This document shows positions 1 to 7,230 of a stretch of DNA of 64,000 nucleotides, one piece after another. The DNA is from Acidobacteriota bacterium. GTDB taxonomy: Bacteria > Acidobacteriota > UBA890. A program made the translations under genes and the position numbers. How positions within the stretch are numbered: position 1 is the stretch's first letter; every line of letters begins with the position of its first letter. The notes under the pieces were generated by a model that had not been told where the DNA came from, ran no database searches, and saw only the letters and a list, made by a program, of their open reading frames with translations. The DNA lies in assembly GCA_965214245.1 (NCBI GenBank), contig CBDCBL010000009.1, forward strand, positions 105,258 through 169,257, written 5' to 3'.

Positions 1-1514
1 GCCGAAATCCGCCGTGTCAGCTCGTCGAACACAGAGACTCCGGTCTCCGCGCCGTAGCGGGCGGTCGGCAGGCTCATGCTCGTGATCCCCGTCGGAACCG
101 CGCCGAAACCAGGATCAAGCGCGTACACGGCCTGGAAGCTCCGTAGGAGCAAGCCCGATGCGACCAGCACGATGAGAGACAAACCTACCTGGACCACCAA
201 CAGCCCGTCGCGGAGCCCGAAACTCCGACCCTCCTGCCCAAAGGACGACGTGCCGTTGCCGCGCATCGCCGAGCTGGGGTCGCGCCGAGTCGCCCGCAGC
301 GCCGGTGCGACGCCGAACACGACCCCCGTGCCGAGCACAATCGCGAACGTGAACACCAGCACGAGTGGGTCGATCCCGACCCCGAAGCTCATCGGCACCG
401 GCGCCGGAATATTTGCTGTTTCCAAGAATTCCACGAGCCAGACGGCGATCCCGAGCCCGCCGATGCCGGCGACAGCGGTCAACAGTGCGGTCTCGGTCAA
501 CAGCTGGCCAATGAGCCGCCTCCGCGTTGCACCGAGGGCCAATCGCACGGCGATCTCTCTCGAGCGTCCGACGTACTTCACGATCAAGAAGCCGGCGAGG
601 TTGGAGCACGCAACCAAAAGGACGAGGCTTACCCCCGCCAGCAGCATCCACGCCGCCCGCGCGATCGCCCGGTCGAACTGCGGGAACATCACGACGTCGG
701 AGGTCGGAACCAAGTTGAAGCGATCCTCGGCGTGCCAAAGGTCCGGGTGGTCGGTTCGAAGAGCACCGGCAACCCCCTCCGCGGCTTGCTGAGCCCCCGC
801 GAGTGTTGCTCCCTCGGCCAACCGCCCGCGAACGTTGAGAAAGTAGTTCTGGCGTCCAGCGAGCGCATCGACCGTCGATACTTGCAGCTCGTTGATCATC
901 AGGATCGGCAGATAGAGATCCGGAGTGACCCCGCGCAACGCACCCCGGTAGGATTCCGGCACCACGCCCACGATCGTGTAAACGGCGTGGTTGAGCCGGA
1001 TCTCCTCGCCTGCGATGTCGGGGTTTGCTGCATAGGCGCGTTGCCAGTAGCCATAGCCCAGCACTGCGACGGGGTGCGACCCGGGCGCGACGTGATCGTC
1101 CTCCGAAAGCAGGCGCCCGACGTGCGGACCGATACCCAACATCGGGAAGCTGTTACCGCTTACCAGCTCGATCAGCAGCGTCTCGACCGTGTCGGTCGAA
1201 TCCGCCTGAACGAACATGTGCTGCGCCGCCGCGATGTCGCTGAACAAGCCTCGAGTGTTTTCTTCGAGATCCAGGTAATCCGGATAAGACAGAGGATAGA
1301 AAGCGAGGCCCGGCCGCGACTCGTAGATGTTGACGAGCTGCTCCGGGTCTTCGGCGACGACGCCTCTGAGCAGCACTGCGTTGACGACGCTGAACGCCGC
1401 AGTTGTCGTACCGATCCCCACGGCCAAAGCGAGTCCGGCAAAGACCGTGAACCTGGGGTTGCATCGCCAGTTCCGAAGGGCGAATCGCAGATCTCGTTCG
1501 ATCGTTGTGATCAT
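1..1514 (-). CDS. ABC transporter permease, MacB/FtsX-like (ADOP-type); C-terminal part runs off the window start
   Basis: Absent from the ORF track because it has no stop inside the window. My minus-strand translation from the ATG at 1514 gives MITTIERDLRFALRNWRCNPRFTVFAGLALAVGIGTTTAAFSVVNAVLLRG... and later ...RAAWMLLAGVSLVLLVACSNLAGFLIVKYVGRSREIAVRLALGATRRRLIGQLL..., the canonical MacB/FtsX N-terminus and TM/loop motif. I spot-checked this frame at 1381-1514, 600-660 and 1-60 and found no stop. No other minus ORF is listed in this frame. Plus-strand ORFs 76..792 and 732..1589 are Arg/Pro/Ser-rich shadows. Confidence 0.8.
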   Translation of the reverse strand, partial: MITTIERDLRFALRNWRCNPRFTVFAGLALAVGIGTTTAAFSVVNAVLLRGVVAEDPEQLVNIYESRPGLAFYPLSYPDYLDLEENTRGLFSDIAAAQHMFVQADSTDTVETLLIELVSGNSFPMLGIGPHVGRLLSEDDHVAPGSHPVAVLGYGYWQRAYAANPDIAGEEIRLNHAVYTIVGVVPESYRGALRGVTPDLYLPILMINELQVSTVDALAGRQNYFLNVRGRLAEGATLAGAQQAAEGVAGALRTDHPDLWHAEDRFNLVPTSDVVMFPQFDRAIARAAWMLLAGVSLVLLVACSNLAGFLIVKYVGRSREIAVRLALGATRRRLIGQLLTETALLTAVAGIGGLGIAVWLVEFLETANIPAPVPMSFGVGIDPLVLVFTFAIVLGTGVVFGVAPALRATRRDPSSAMRGNGTSSFGQEGRSFGLRDGLLVVQVGLSLIVLVASGLLLRSFQAVYALDPGFGAVPTGITSMSLPTARYGAETGVSVFDELTRRIS

Positions 1515-1705
1515 CCTCGTCACGATACACCTGCACGGCCACGGAGAACGATGCACCATACCAGCTCACGGGTACTAGATGGCCGATGAGCAAGGCAATA
1601 TGGCGTTCGGCGCCAACTTCTTCTACGAAGGCAACGCCTGGATGATCGATGGCTACTGAACTCCGGGCGCCCGTTTAGCGGGATGCCGCAGCAAGGAGAA
1701 GTCGC

Positions 1706-1972
1706 ATGCGAGACAAGACAAGGCACACTTGGCTGCTGGGCGCGACGTCCCTCCTGGTGGCGACGATCAGCTGCGCGCCAGCCGATACGGGTGACCCGCG
1801 CACGTTTATCGTCGATGCACGGGTGATCGATGGCACCGGTGGCCCGTCACGCCTGGTCGACGTGCGGATCGATGGCGACCGCATCGGGGCTATCGGCGAT
1901 TTGCAGCCGCAAGGCCACGACATCGTCGTCGACGGCGGCGGTCTGGTGCTGGCGCCCGGTTTCATCGACTGA
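1706..1972 (+). pseudogene. D-aminoacylase-like amidohydrolase, N-terminal 88-aa fragment truncated by IS insertion
   Basis: The fragment has a signal/lipobox-like N-terminus (LLVATISC). It continues ...IVDARVIDGTGGPSRLVDVRIDGDRIGAIGDL...VVDGGGLVLAPGFID and stops exactly where the metal-binding 'PGFID-x-H-x-H' motif should continue. The stop codon TGA (1970-1972) is the first three bases of the IS3 left inverted repeat. Confidence 0.75.
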
Positions 1973-2035
1973 CCTGACCCCCCAAAACGGATCCAGAGGT
2001 AATCTCACGATCTGGGTCGAAAAAGGGAGGTCAGA

Positions 2036-2314
2036 ATGTCGGCGAAGAGGCACAGCGCAGAGCAGATCGTACGGAAGCTACGGGAGGTTGAGGTGGAGCT
2101 GGCCCGAGGCGCGACGGTCAAGGATGCCTGCCGCAAGCTAGCAATCACCGAGCACACCTACTACCGGTGGCGACGCGAGTACGGGGGGCTGAGGGTCGAC
2201 GAGGCCAGGCGGCTGAAGCAACTTGAGAAGGAGAACGTCCGGCTCAAGAAGATTGTGGCGGAAAAGGAGCTGGATCTTTCGATCCTGAAGGAAGTTGCGG
2301 AGGGAAACTTCTAA
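2036..2314 (+). CDS. IS3-family transposase OrfA (HTH)
   Basis: MSAKRHSAEQIVRKLREVEVELARGATVKDACRKLAITEHTYYRWRREYGGL...LKQLEKENVRLKKIVAEKELDLSILKEV is the typical IS3 OrfA HTH plus leucine zipper. A GGGAGG RBS lies upstream. Confidence 0.9.
   Translation: MSAKRHSAEQIVRKLREVEVELARGATVKDACRKLAITEHTYYRWRREYGGLRVDEARRLKQLEKENVRLKKIVAEKELDLSILKEVAEGNF
2302..2308 (+). promoter_or_regulatory. Programmed -1 ribosomal frameshift heptamer G_GGA_AAC (X_XXY_YYZ)
   Basis: In the orfA frame the sequence reads GA G_GGA_AAC TTC TAA. The -1 frame continues GGG AAA CTT CTA AGC CCG GCA CGT CGC..., giving LSPARRRDAVEHVRRRLGVSERRACRVLKQSRTTQRY, the conserved start of IS3 OrfB. This would produce an OrfAB fusion. 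Confidence 0.6.
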
Positions 2315-3198
2315 GCCCGGCACGTCGCCGAGATGCGGTTGAGCATGTTCGGCGGAGGCTGGGCGTTTCCGAGCGACGAGCGTGCCGGGTGCTGAAACAG
2401 TCGCGCACGACGCAGCGGTACGTGCCATGGCAACCGGACGACGAGCAGGTGCTGACGGAGAGGATCGTGAACCTAGCCCGAGAGTATGGCCGCTACGGGT
2501 ATCGGCGAGTGACGGCGCTACTGCGCATGGAGGGCTGGCTCGTGAACCACAAGCGGGTGCAACGGATCTGGCGGCGCGAGGGGCTGAAAGTACCGAAGAA
2601 ACAGCCCAAGCGAGCACGGCTGTGGCTCAACGATGGCTCCTGCATCCGACTGCGCCCCGAGAACAAGGATCATGTCTGGGCGTATGACTTCGTCCACCAC
2701 CGGACGCATGACGGTCGGGCTATGAGGCTGCTGACGATCGTCGACGAGTACAAACGGGAGAGCCTTGCAATCGACGTGGCACGGAAGCTCAACTCCGAGG
2801 ACGTACTTCACCGACTAGGACGACTGTTCGTTCATCGAGGTATTCCAGCGCACATCAGGTCAGATAACGGACCGGAATTCACCGCCGAGGCGGTTCGCGA
2901 CTGGCTGGGCCGGCTCGGCGTCGGCACGCTGTTGTTCATCGAGCCGGGCTCCCCATGGGAGAACGGCTATGTGGAGAGCTTCAACGGCAAGCTCAGAGAC
3001 GAGCTGCTGAACGGGGAGATCTTCTACACGCTGAAGGAGGCAAAGGTTCTGATCGAGAGATGGCGCCAGCAGTACAACCGCGTACGACCGCACAGCTCGC
3101 TGGGCTATCGACCTCCGGCACCGGAAGCGGTGTTGTTGAAACCGGCTACGCTACGCTTCGCTGGCCTCAACAACCTCTTGTCAGCACCGTGTTACTGA
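2302..3198 (+). CDS. IS3-family transposase OrfB (-1 frame segment; DDE integrase core)
   Basis: The -1 frame is open from 2302; the ORF track begins it at GTG 2389. It contains ...YGYRRVTALLRMEGWLVNHKRVQRIWRREGL..., DFV..., ...IRSDNGPEFTA..., ...GSPWENGYVESFNGKLRDELL...YNRVRPHSSLGYRPP. Confidence 0.85.
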   Translation, partial: GKLLSPARRRDAVEHVRRRLGVSERRACRVLKQSRTTQRYVPWQPDDEQVLTERIVNLAREYGRYGYRRVTALLRMEGWLVNHKRVQRIWRREGLKVPKKQPKRARLWLNDGSCIRLRPENKDHVWAYDFVHHRTHDGRAMRLLTIVDEYKRESLAIDVARKLNSEDVLHRLGRLFVHRGIPAHIRSDNGPEFTAEAVRDWLGRLGVGTLLFIEPGSPWENGYVESFNGKLRDELLNGEIFYTLKEAKVLIERWRQQYNRVRPHSSLGYRPPAPEAVLLKPATLRFAGLNNLLSAPCY

Positions 3199-3229
3199 GA
3201 TAGAAAGTGGTACTAACCGCGGGGTCTGG

Positions 3230-4375
3230 TCAGCGCATGCGGATCTGCCCGAACGCGATCAGCCCCCACAGCAGCGTCACCCCGGCCGCCTCGGTGCTGA
3301 ACGATCCCTGGGTCTTGGTACGGCGACGGAACTCGCGGTTGAGGTTCTCCAGTGGGTTCGTCGTGCGCAGCGTCTTGCACATCGGTTTGGGGAACTCGTA
3401 GAAGGTCAGCAGCACCAGCCCCGCTTCCTCGAGGCTGCGCGCCACCGCCGGCACCAACCTCGACCACTTGCGCACGAAGTTGCTGTACGCGGCCCTCGCC
3501 TCGCTGCCGTTTGCCGCCTTCACGATGCGGTCCCAGTCTCGTTTCAGCTCGTCGTGGGCGTGTGACGGGCAATGCTTCAACAGATTCTTCCACTTGTGCT
3601 GAAGGCAGCGCTGCACCTTCGCTTCGGGCCACACCGTCGTCGCCTTGGCCAGCCCTTTGTGGCCGTCGGCGATGATCAGCCGGGGCGGCCGAAGACCTCT
3701 TTGCTCTAGGTCCTCGATCAGCCACTTCCAGTGACACCCGGCCTCCGAAGCGGCCCGACGCAACGCCACCAACACCTTGCGCCCATCTTCCGCCACTCCC
3801 AGCGCGGCGAAGATCGGCACCGACACGACCTGCCGCGCCAACCTCACCTTCAGGTGGAACCCGTCCAGGTACACGATCGGGTACGACTCACCGGTCAGAT
3901 CGCGCTCGCACCACGTCCCGAACAGCTTCTTCAGCCGCCCCACCACCCTCGAGATCGCGCTCTTCGAGAGGTTCGCTTCACCCAGCAGCGGCGCGAGCGC
4001 CTTGCGGATCCGTCGGCTATTTGCACCCGCCAGGTACACCCCTAGAATCGCCTCGTCGACTTCCTCGGTGCGCCGTTGATACCGCGGCAGGATCGTGCTG
4101 CGGAACTCCCCGGTGCTGCCGTCCTCTCGCAGCAGCCGTCCCCGTGGTACCTCCAGATCCTGCGGCCCCTGCGCCATCGTGATCTGCCGCCGATACGTCC
4201 CGTGCCGATATCCTCGCCGCGAGCCGTTGCGCTCGTACGGCCCGCATCCCAACGCCTCGGCGAGCTCCTCCTCAAGCGTGATCGTAATCGCCTCCTGGAT
4301 GCGGCTGTGCAGCAGCTCCTGGATGGCGCTACGGAACTCGATGACCGATACCTCTCCCGTGCTACCGTTGCTCAT
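3230..4375 (-). CDS. IS256-family (Transposase_mut) transposase, C-terminally truncated
   Basis: The 381-aa product contains ...PIVYLDGFHLKVR..., ...RLIIADGHKGLAKA...PEAKVQRCLQHKWKNLL..., ...NPLENLNREFRRRTKTQGSF.... It ends ...FGQIRMR followed by a TGA that lies inside the IS3 IRR (3230-3232), so the native C-terminus is missing. Confidence 0.85.
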   Translation of the reverse strand: MSNGSTGEVSVIEFRSAIQELLHSRIQEAITITLEEELAEALGCGPYERNGSRRGYRHGTYRRQITMAQGPQDLEVPRGRLLREDGSTGEFRSTILPRYQRRTEEVDEAILGVYLAGANSRRIRKALAPLLGEANLSKSAISRVVGRLKKLFGTWCERDLTGESYPIVYLDGFHLKVRLARQVVSVPIFAALGVAEDGRKVLVALRRAASEAGCHWKWLIEDLEQRGLRPPRLIIADGHKGLAKATTVWPEAKVQRCLQHKWKNLLKHCPSHAHDELKRDWDRIVKAANGSEARAAYSNFVRKWSRLVPAVARSLEEAGLVLLTFYEFPKPMCKTLRTTNPLENLNREFRRRTKTQGSFSTEAAGVTLLWGLIAFGQIRMR

Positions 4376-4460
4376 GGTGTGACCTCCTTGTTGTCGCCGT
4401 TTCCAGCGACTCGTTTTTCCTACTCGGAGGTTACGCCATTTCTTTTTCTACAGGACTCGG
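3233..4460 (-). mobile_element. IS256-family element, 3-prime end removed at the IS3 junction; outer (left) boundary approximate
   Basis: It contains the Mutator/IS256-type transposase gene. About 85 nt of 5-prime leader ends in ...GAGTCCTGTAGAAAAAGAAATGG, read on the minus strand near 4440-4460, which plausibly is the terminal IR. The other end is missing because the IS3 IRR abuts at 3232. Confidence 0.65.
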
Positions 4461-4472
4461 GACGGATCCCTC

Positions 4473-5153
4473 GTGGTTGCTGGAATCCAGGAGTGGGCTC
4501 GCCGAACTAGAGAGCTGCGTGTTGAGCTCGGTTGGCAGATCATCAGCGGAGTCACTGTGCGGGAGATGGCGACAGAGGAAGACCTGTCCGATTCGGACGC
4601 TGATCTGATTTCCATGGGACCAGACGACTACCTGCTCCTCTCCACCGAGCCTGACCGCGACGCGGCCCACCGTTGGAACGTGGCCCATACGATCCGCAAC
4701 AAGGATGCGTCGGTAAGGGACAAGGAGCTTGAGTACTTTAGGGAGAATGTCGGGCGGCAAATCCTGAACGAAGAACTCCGATACGTGGCAGGGGACGACG
4801 CAACCGAATGGGCGCGACGCGTTCGCGAACTCCGCACGGAATACGGGTGGCCGATTCTTACCAAGTCGACTGGGAGACCTGACCTTTCAGTGGGCGTCTA
4901 CGTCTTGGAGGCTGACCGGCAGAGCCGGGAGCATGATCGGAGAATCCCTGACCCGGTGCGTCGGGCTGTTCTGCGACGCGACGAATACACCTGCCAGCAT
5001 TATGATTGGACTCACGACCTATGGAATCGCTCGGATCCTCGTCACCTGGAACTTCATCACATGGAGCATCACGTAGATGGTGGCGAAAACGTCGAGGACA
5101 ATTTGATTGTCGTTTGTACGGTCTGCCACGACGTCATCCACGCTGAGGACTAG
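4473..5153 (+). CDS. HNH endonuclease with a tandemly duplicated N-terminal module; possibly 5-prime truncated by the IS256 element
   Basis: The C-terminal HNH motif is ...CQHYDW...RHLELHHMEHHVDGGENVEDNLIVVCTVCHDVIH. The N-terminus contains EWARRTRELRVELGWQI (aa 7-23) and EWARRVRELRTEYGWPI (aa 112-128). The region is visibly more AT-rich than its surroundings. The frame is open upstream into the IS leader with no earlier start. Confidence 0.75.
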   Translation: MVAGIQEWARRTRELRVELGWQIISGVTVREMATEEDLSDSDADLISMGPDDYLLLSTEPDRDAAHRWNVAHTIRNKDASVRDKELEYFRENVGRQILNEELRYVAGDDATEWARRVRELRTEYGWPILTKSTGRPDLSVGVYVLEADRQSREHDRRIPDPVRRAVLRRDEYTCQHYDWTHDLWNRSDPRHLELHHMEHHVDGGENVEDNLIVVCTVCHDVIHAED

Positions 5154-5169
5154 AGACGGACCAATTACA

Positions 5170-5238
5170 TCTCAGCGGATCAACATCATCCTGAACTGGT
5201 TCGAGGAGTTGAAGGAGCGGGTGCCAACGGGACGATAG
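5170..5238 (+). pseudogene. Remnant of a gene 3-prime end (...QRINIILNWFEELKERVPTGR*)
   Basis: A short open frame with no start codon ends at TAG 5236-5238. From memory, the 'LNWFEELK(R)RVP' tail is a recurrent C-terminus of large beta-propeller/kinase-type proteins in Acidobacteriota-like genomes. This needs a search. Confidence 0.45.
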
Positions 5239-5396
5239 CCCTCCTGACCGACCGCCACGCCGCGTAAATCCGCAGGGCCATCAACTGGACCCCCGCTGCG
5301 ATTCGAGGGGAAGACACCGTATCTTCGTGGACCCCCAACCGGACCCCCAGGCCGCCCTTCTTTTGGGCCGGTACAGCTAACCTATTGAAAACAAAG

Positions 5397-5468
5397 AGCC
5401 GACGCGGGGAGTTGAACCCCGGACCTGCTGATTACGAATCAGCTGCTCTACCACTGAGCTACGTCGGC
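5397..5468 (-). tRNA. tRNA-Thr (anticodon CGU)
   Basis: The minus strand reads GCCGACG-TA-GCTC-AGTGGTA-GAGC-A-GCTGA-TTCGTAA-TCAGC-AGGTC-CGGGG-TTCAACT-CCCCG-CGTCGGC-T. This is a perfect cloverleaf with 7/4/5/5 bp stems and anticodon CGT. It is 72 nt long, and CCA is not encoded. Confidence 0.95.
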
Positions 5469-5525
5469 TGGGAAGTCGGGGCTGCGTCTCGACGAGTGCC
5501 GAGGGATGCGCACGACAAGGCGAGT

Positions 5526-7031
5526 CTACTCGTGGTTCTCCTGCCTGGCAACGCGCCGCGCCACGACCACAAGAGAGAGGCCGAACGGCATGCCGAGTGC
5601 CCGTTCGAGGCGCAGCAACGGCACGAGCAGGTTGTTGAGCCTGGCCTGGAAAGCGGGAATATGCCGGCGCCGTAGGATGCGGCCGTTGAGCCACCAGCCG
5701 ATCGCCCCGACAGCGTTGGCCCAGGATGTCGACTCGACCTCGTAGCCGGCCTGCAGCAGACGCTCCTCGAGCTCGGCGCGACGGTAGCGCCGGTAGTGTC
5801 CGAGCTCTTCATCCAGAGCTCCATAAAGCGCCGGACTAGCCGGCACGACGATCAGCAGCCTGCCACCGGGTTGCAGCGTCTCGCCGATGATCTCGAAGGC
5901 GCGCACGTCGTCCTCGATGTGTTCGATCACGTTGAACGCGACCGCTGTGTCGGCGACTTCGCGCAGCGTATCGGCCTCCTGGCCGGCCAGCGGCTTGGTG
6001 AGGTCGAGCCGCTGCACCTCGGTGTTGGGGCGCCCCTCGGAGCGAGTCCGCAGCCCGCGCAGATATTCATCGTCGACGTCGGTGAGCCAGAGGCGTTCGC
6101 GGCCGGTCAGGAACTGTGAAATGTTGCCGATTCCGGCGCCGATCTCGATGACGTGCTGGCCGGCGTGGTCGGCAACGGTGTCCCACAGGAACCGGTGGTA
6201 GCGCTGCAACGGCGCGATGCTCGCGAGCGTCCGGTGCCCGTACGACAGGTCGCGGCGGCCGAGCAAACGCTCGCGCAAGATCACGTAGAAGGCGTTGACG
6301 CCGTCCTTCCAGTTGATCTTCTTGCCTTCCGCGTAGGTTCGCCCGTGGTACGAGATCGGCACCTCGTAGACCCGCAGGCCGCGGCGGGCGATCTTCGCGG
6401 TGATCTCGGGCTCGATGCCGAAGCGTCGCGAACGCAACGGCAGCGACGTGAAGACGTCGGTGCGGAAAGCCTTGTAGCAGGTCTCCATGTCGGTGAGGTT
6501 CAGGTTGGTACACGCGTTGGAGAGCACGGTGAGGAACTTGTTGCCGACCGCGTGCCAGAAGAAGAGCACACGGCGCACGTCGCCGAGGAAGCGGGAGCCA
6601 TACACCACGTCGGCGAGGTCGTTGCGCAGCGGCTCGACGAGACGTCCGTACTCGGCGGGATCGTATTCGAGGTCGGCGTCCTGAATGATGCAGTAGGGGC
6701 ACTGCAGCAGCGGTCGCGACGTCTTGATCGCCTCGCCCTTGCCCTGGTTGACCTCGTGGAACAGCACGCTGATGCGCGCATCCATCGAGGCGATCTCATC
6801 GCGCAGCAGGTCGGCCGTGCCGTCCTGTGAGCAATCGTCGACGATGACAAGCTGCCCCACCCAGGGCGACGCGAGGACGCGCTCGACGATGCTGCGGATC
6901 GTCGTGCGCTCGTTGTACACCGGCATGATCACCGACAGCACGGGCTCGGGCGGTGTCCCGCCGGGCGCGGCGCCAACGTCGACCGGGGCTGCCACTGAAG
7001 CCGAGACGGGGTCGGAAAGCTGCTTTTCCAT
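5526..7031 (-). CDS. Family-2 glycosyltransferase fused to a class I SAM-dependent methyltransferase domain
   Basis: The N-terminal half has VIMPVYNE...VIVDDCSQDGT...QDADLEYDP (GT2, DxD). The C-terminal half has ...VIEIGAGIGNISQFL...VAFNVIEHIEDD...LQPGGRLLIVVP (methyltransferase motifs I and post-I). Confidence 0.85.
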   Translation of the reverse strand: MEKQLSDPVSASVAAPVDVGAAPGGTPPEPVLSVIMPVYNERTTIRSIVERVLASPWVGQLVIVDDCSQDGTADLLRDEIASMDARISVLFHEVNQGKGEAIKTSRPLLQCPYCIIQDADLEYDPAEYGRLVEPLRNDLADVVYGSRFLGDVRRVLFFWHAVGNKFLTVLSNACTNLNLTDMETCYKAFRTDVFTSLPLRSRRFGIEPEITAKIARRGLRVYEVPISYHGRTYAEGKKINWKDGVNAFYVILRERLLGRRDLSYGHRTLASIAPLQRYHRFLWDTVADHAGQHVIEIGAGIGNISQFLTGRERLWLTDVDDEYLRGLRTRSEGRPNTEVQRLDLTKPLAGQEADTLREVADTAVAFNVIEHIEDDVRAFEIIGETLQPGGRLLIVVPASPALYGALDEELGHYRRYRRAELEERLLQAGYEVESTSWANAVGAIGWWLNGRILRRRHIPAFQARLNNLLVPLLRLERALGMPFGLSLVVVARRVARQENHE

Positions 7032-7230
7032 GCGGCCTAGAATATCCCAAAATGTGGTGGTTTGGAGTCATTCGGCCACAACAGCTTGTGGTTCGACCGT
7101 TTACGATGTACCCATCGAGGTGCTACACTCCGCGGTGCCAGGGGTGGCACGAAGACGGCGCCGCAGCTGCCTTCATCCTTGAACCTGCGCAGAACCCGGG
7201 AGGCACGGGGCAATTGGGGGCCCGTGCACG

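Larger units (their letters stand above)
1970..3232 (+). mobile_element. IS3-family insertion sequence (IS407/IS2-like organisation), apparently complete, 1263 bp
   Basis: Terminal inverted repeats are TGACCTGACCCC (1970-1981) and, as the reverse complement of 3221-3232, TGACCAGACCCC (11/12 match). It has an orfA/orfB arrangement with a -1 slippery site. OrfB carries the DDE integrase core (...SDNGPEFT...; ...PWENGYVESFNGKLRDE...). Confidence 0.9.

Noticed and set aside
1579-1659. A small ORF, MADEQGNMAFGANFFYEGNAWMIDGY* (26 codons), in the divergent spacer between the permease and the amidohydrolase fragment.
   Set aside because: It has no convincing RBS and is too short to evaluate. It might be another gene-tail relic (the aromatic C-terminus is reminiscent of a beta-barrel end), but I cannot support that from the sequence alone.
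1515-5468. A classical tRNA-targeted genomic island (integrase plus an att direct repeat of the tRNA 3-prime end).
   Set aside because: No integrase or recombinase gene is present, and I could not find a second copy of the tRNA-Thr 3-prime segment by eye. The patch is better described as an IS-scrambled remnant. A computational repeat search with the last 20-45 nt of the tRNA would settle it.
7032-7230. A possible small RNA gene (SRP/6S/tRNA-like) in the 199-bp GT2-smc divergent spacer, which contains GGTTCGA and a GTGCCA-GGGG-TGGCAC hairpin.
   Set aside because: I could not build a cloverleaf or an SRP domain IV motif. The hairpins are more simply leader or promoter-region structure.
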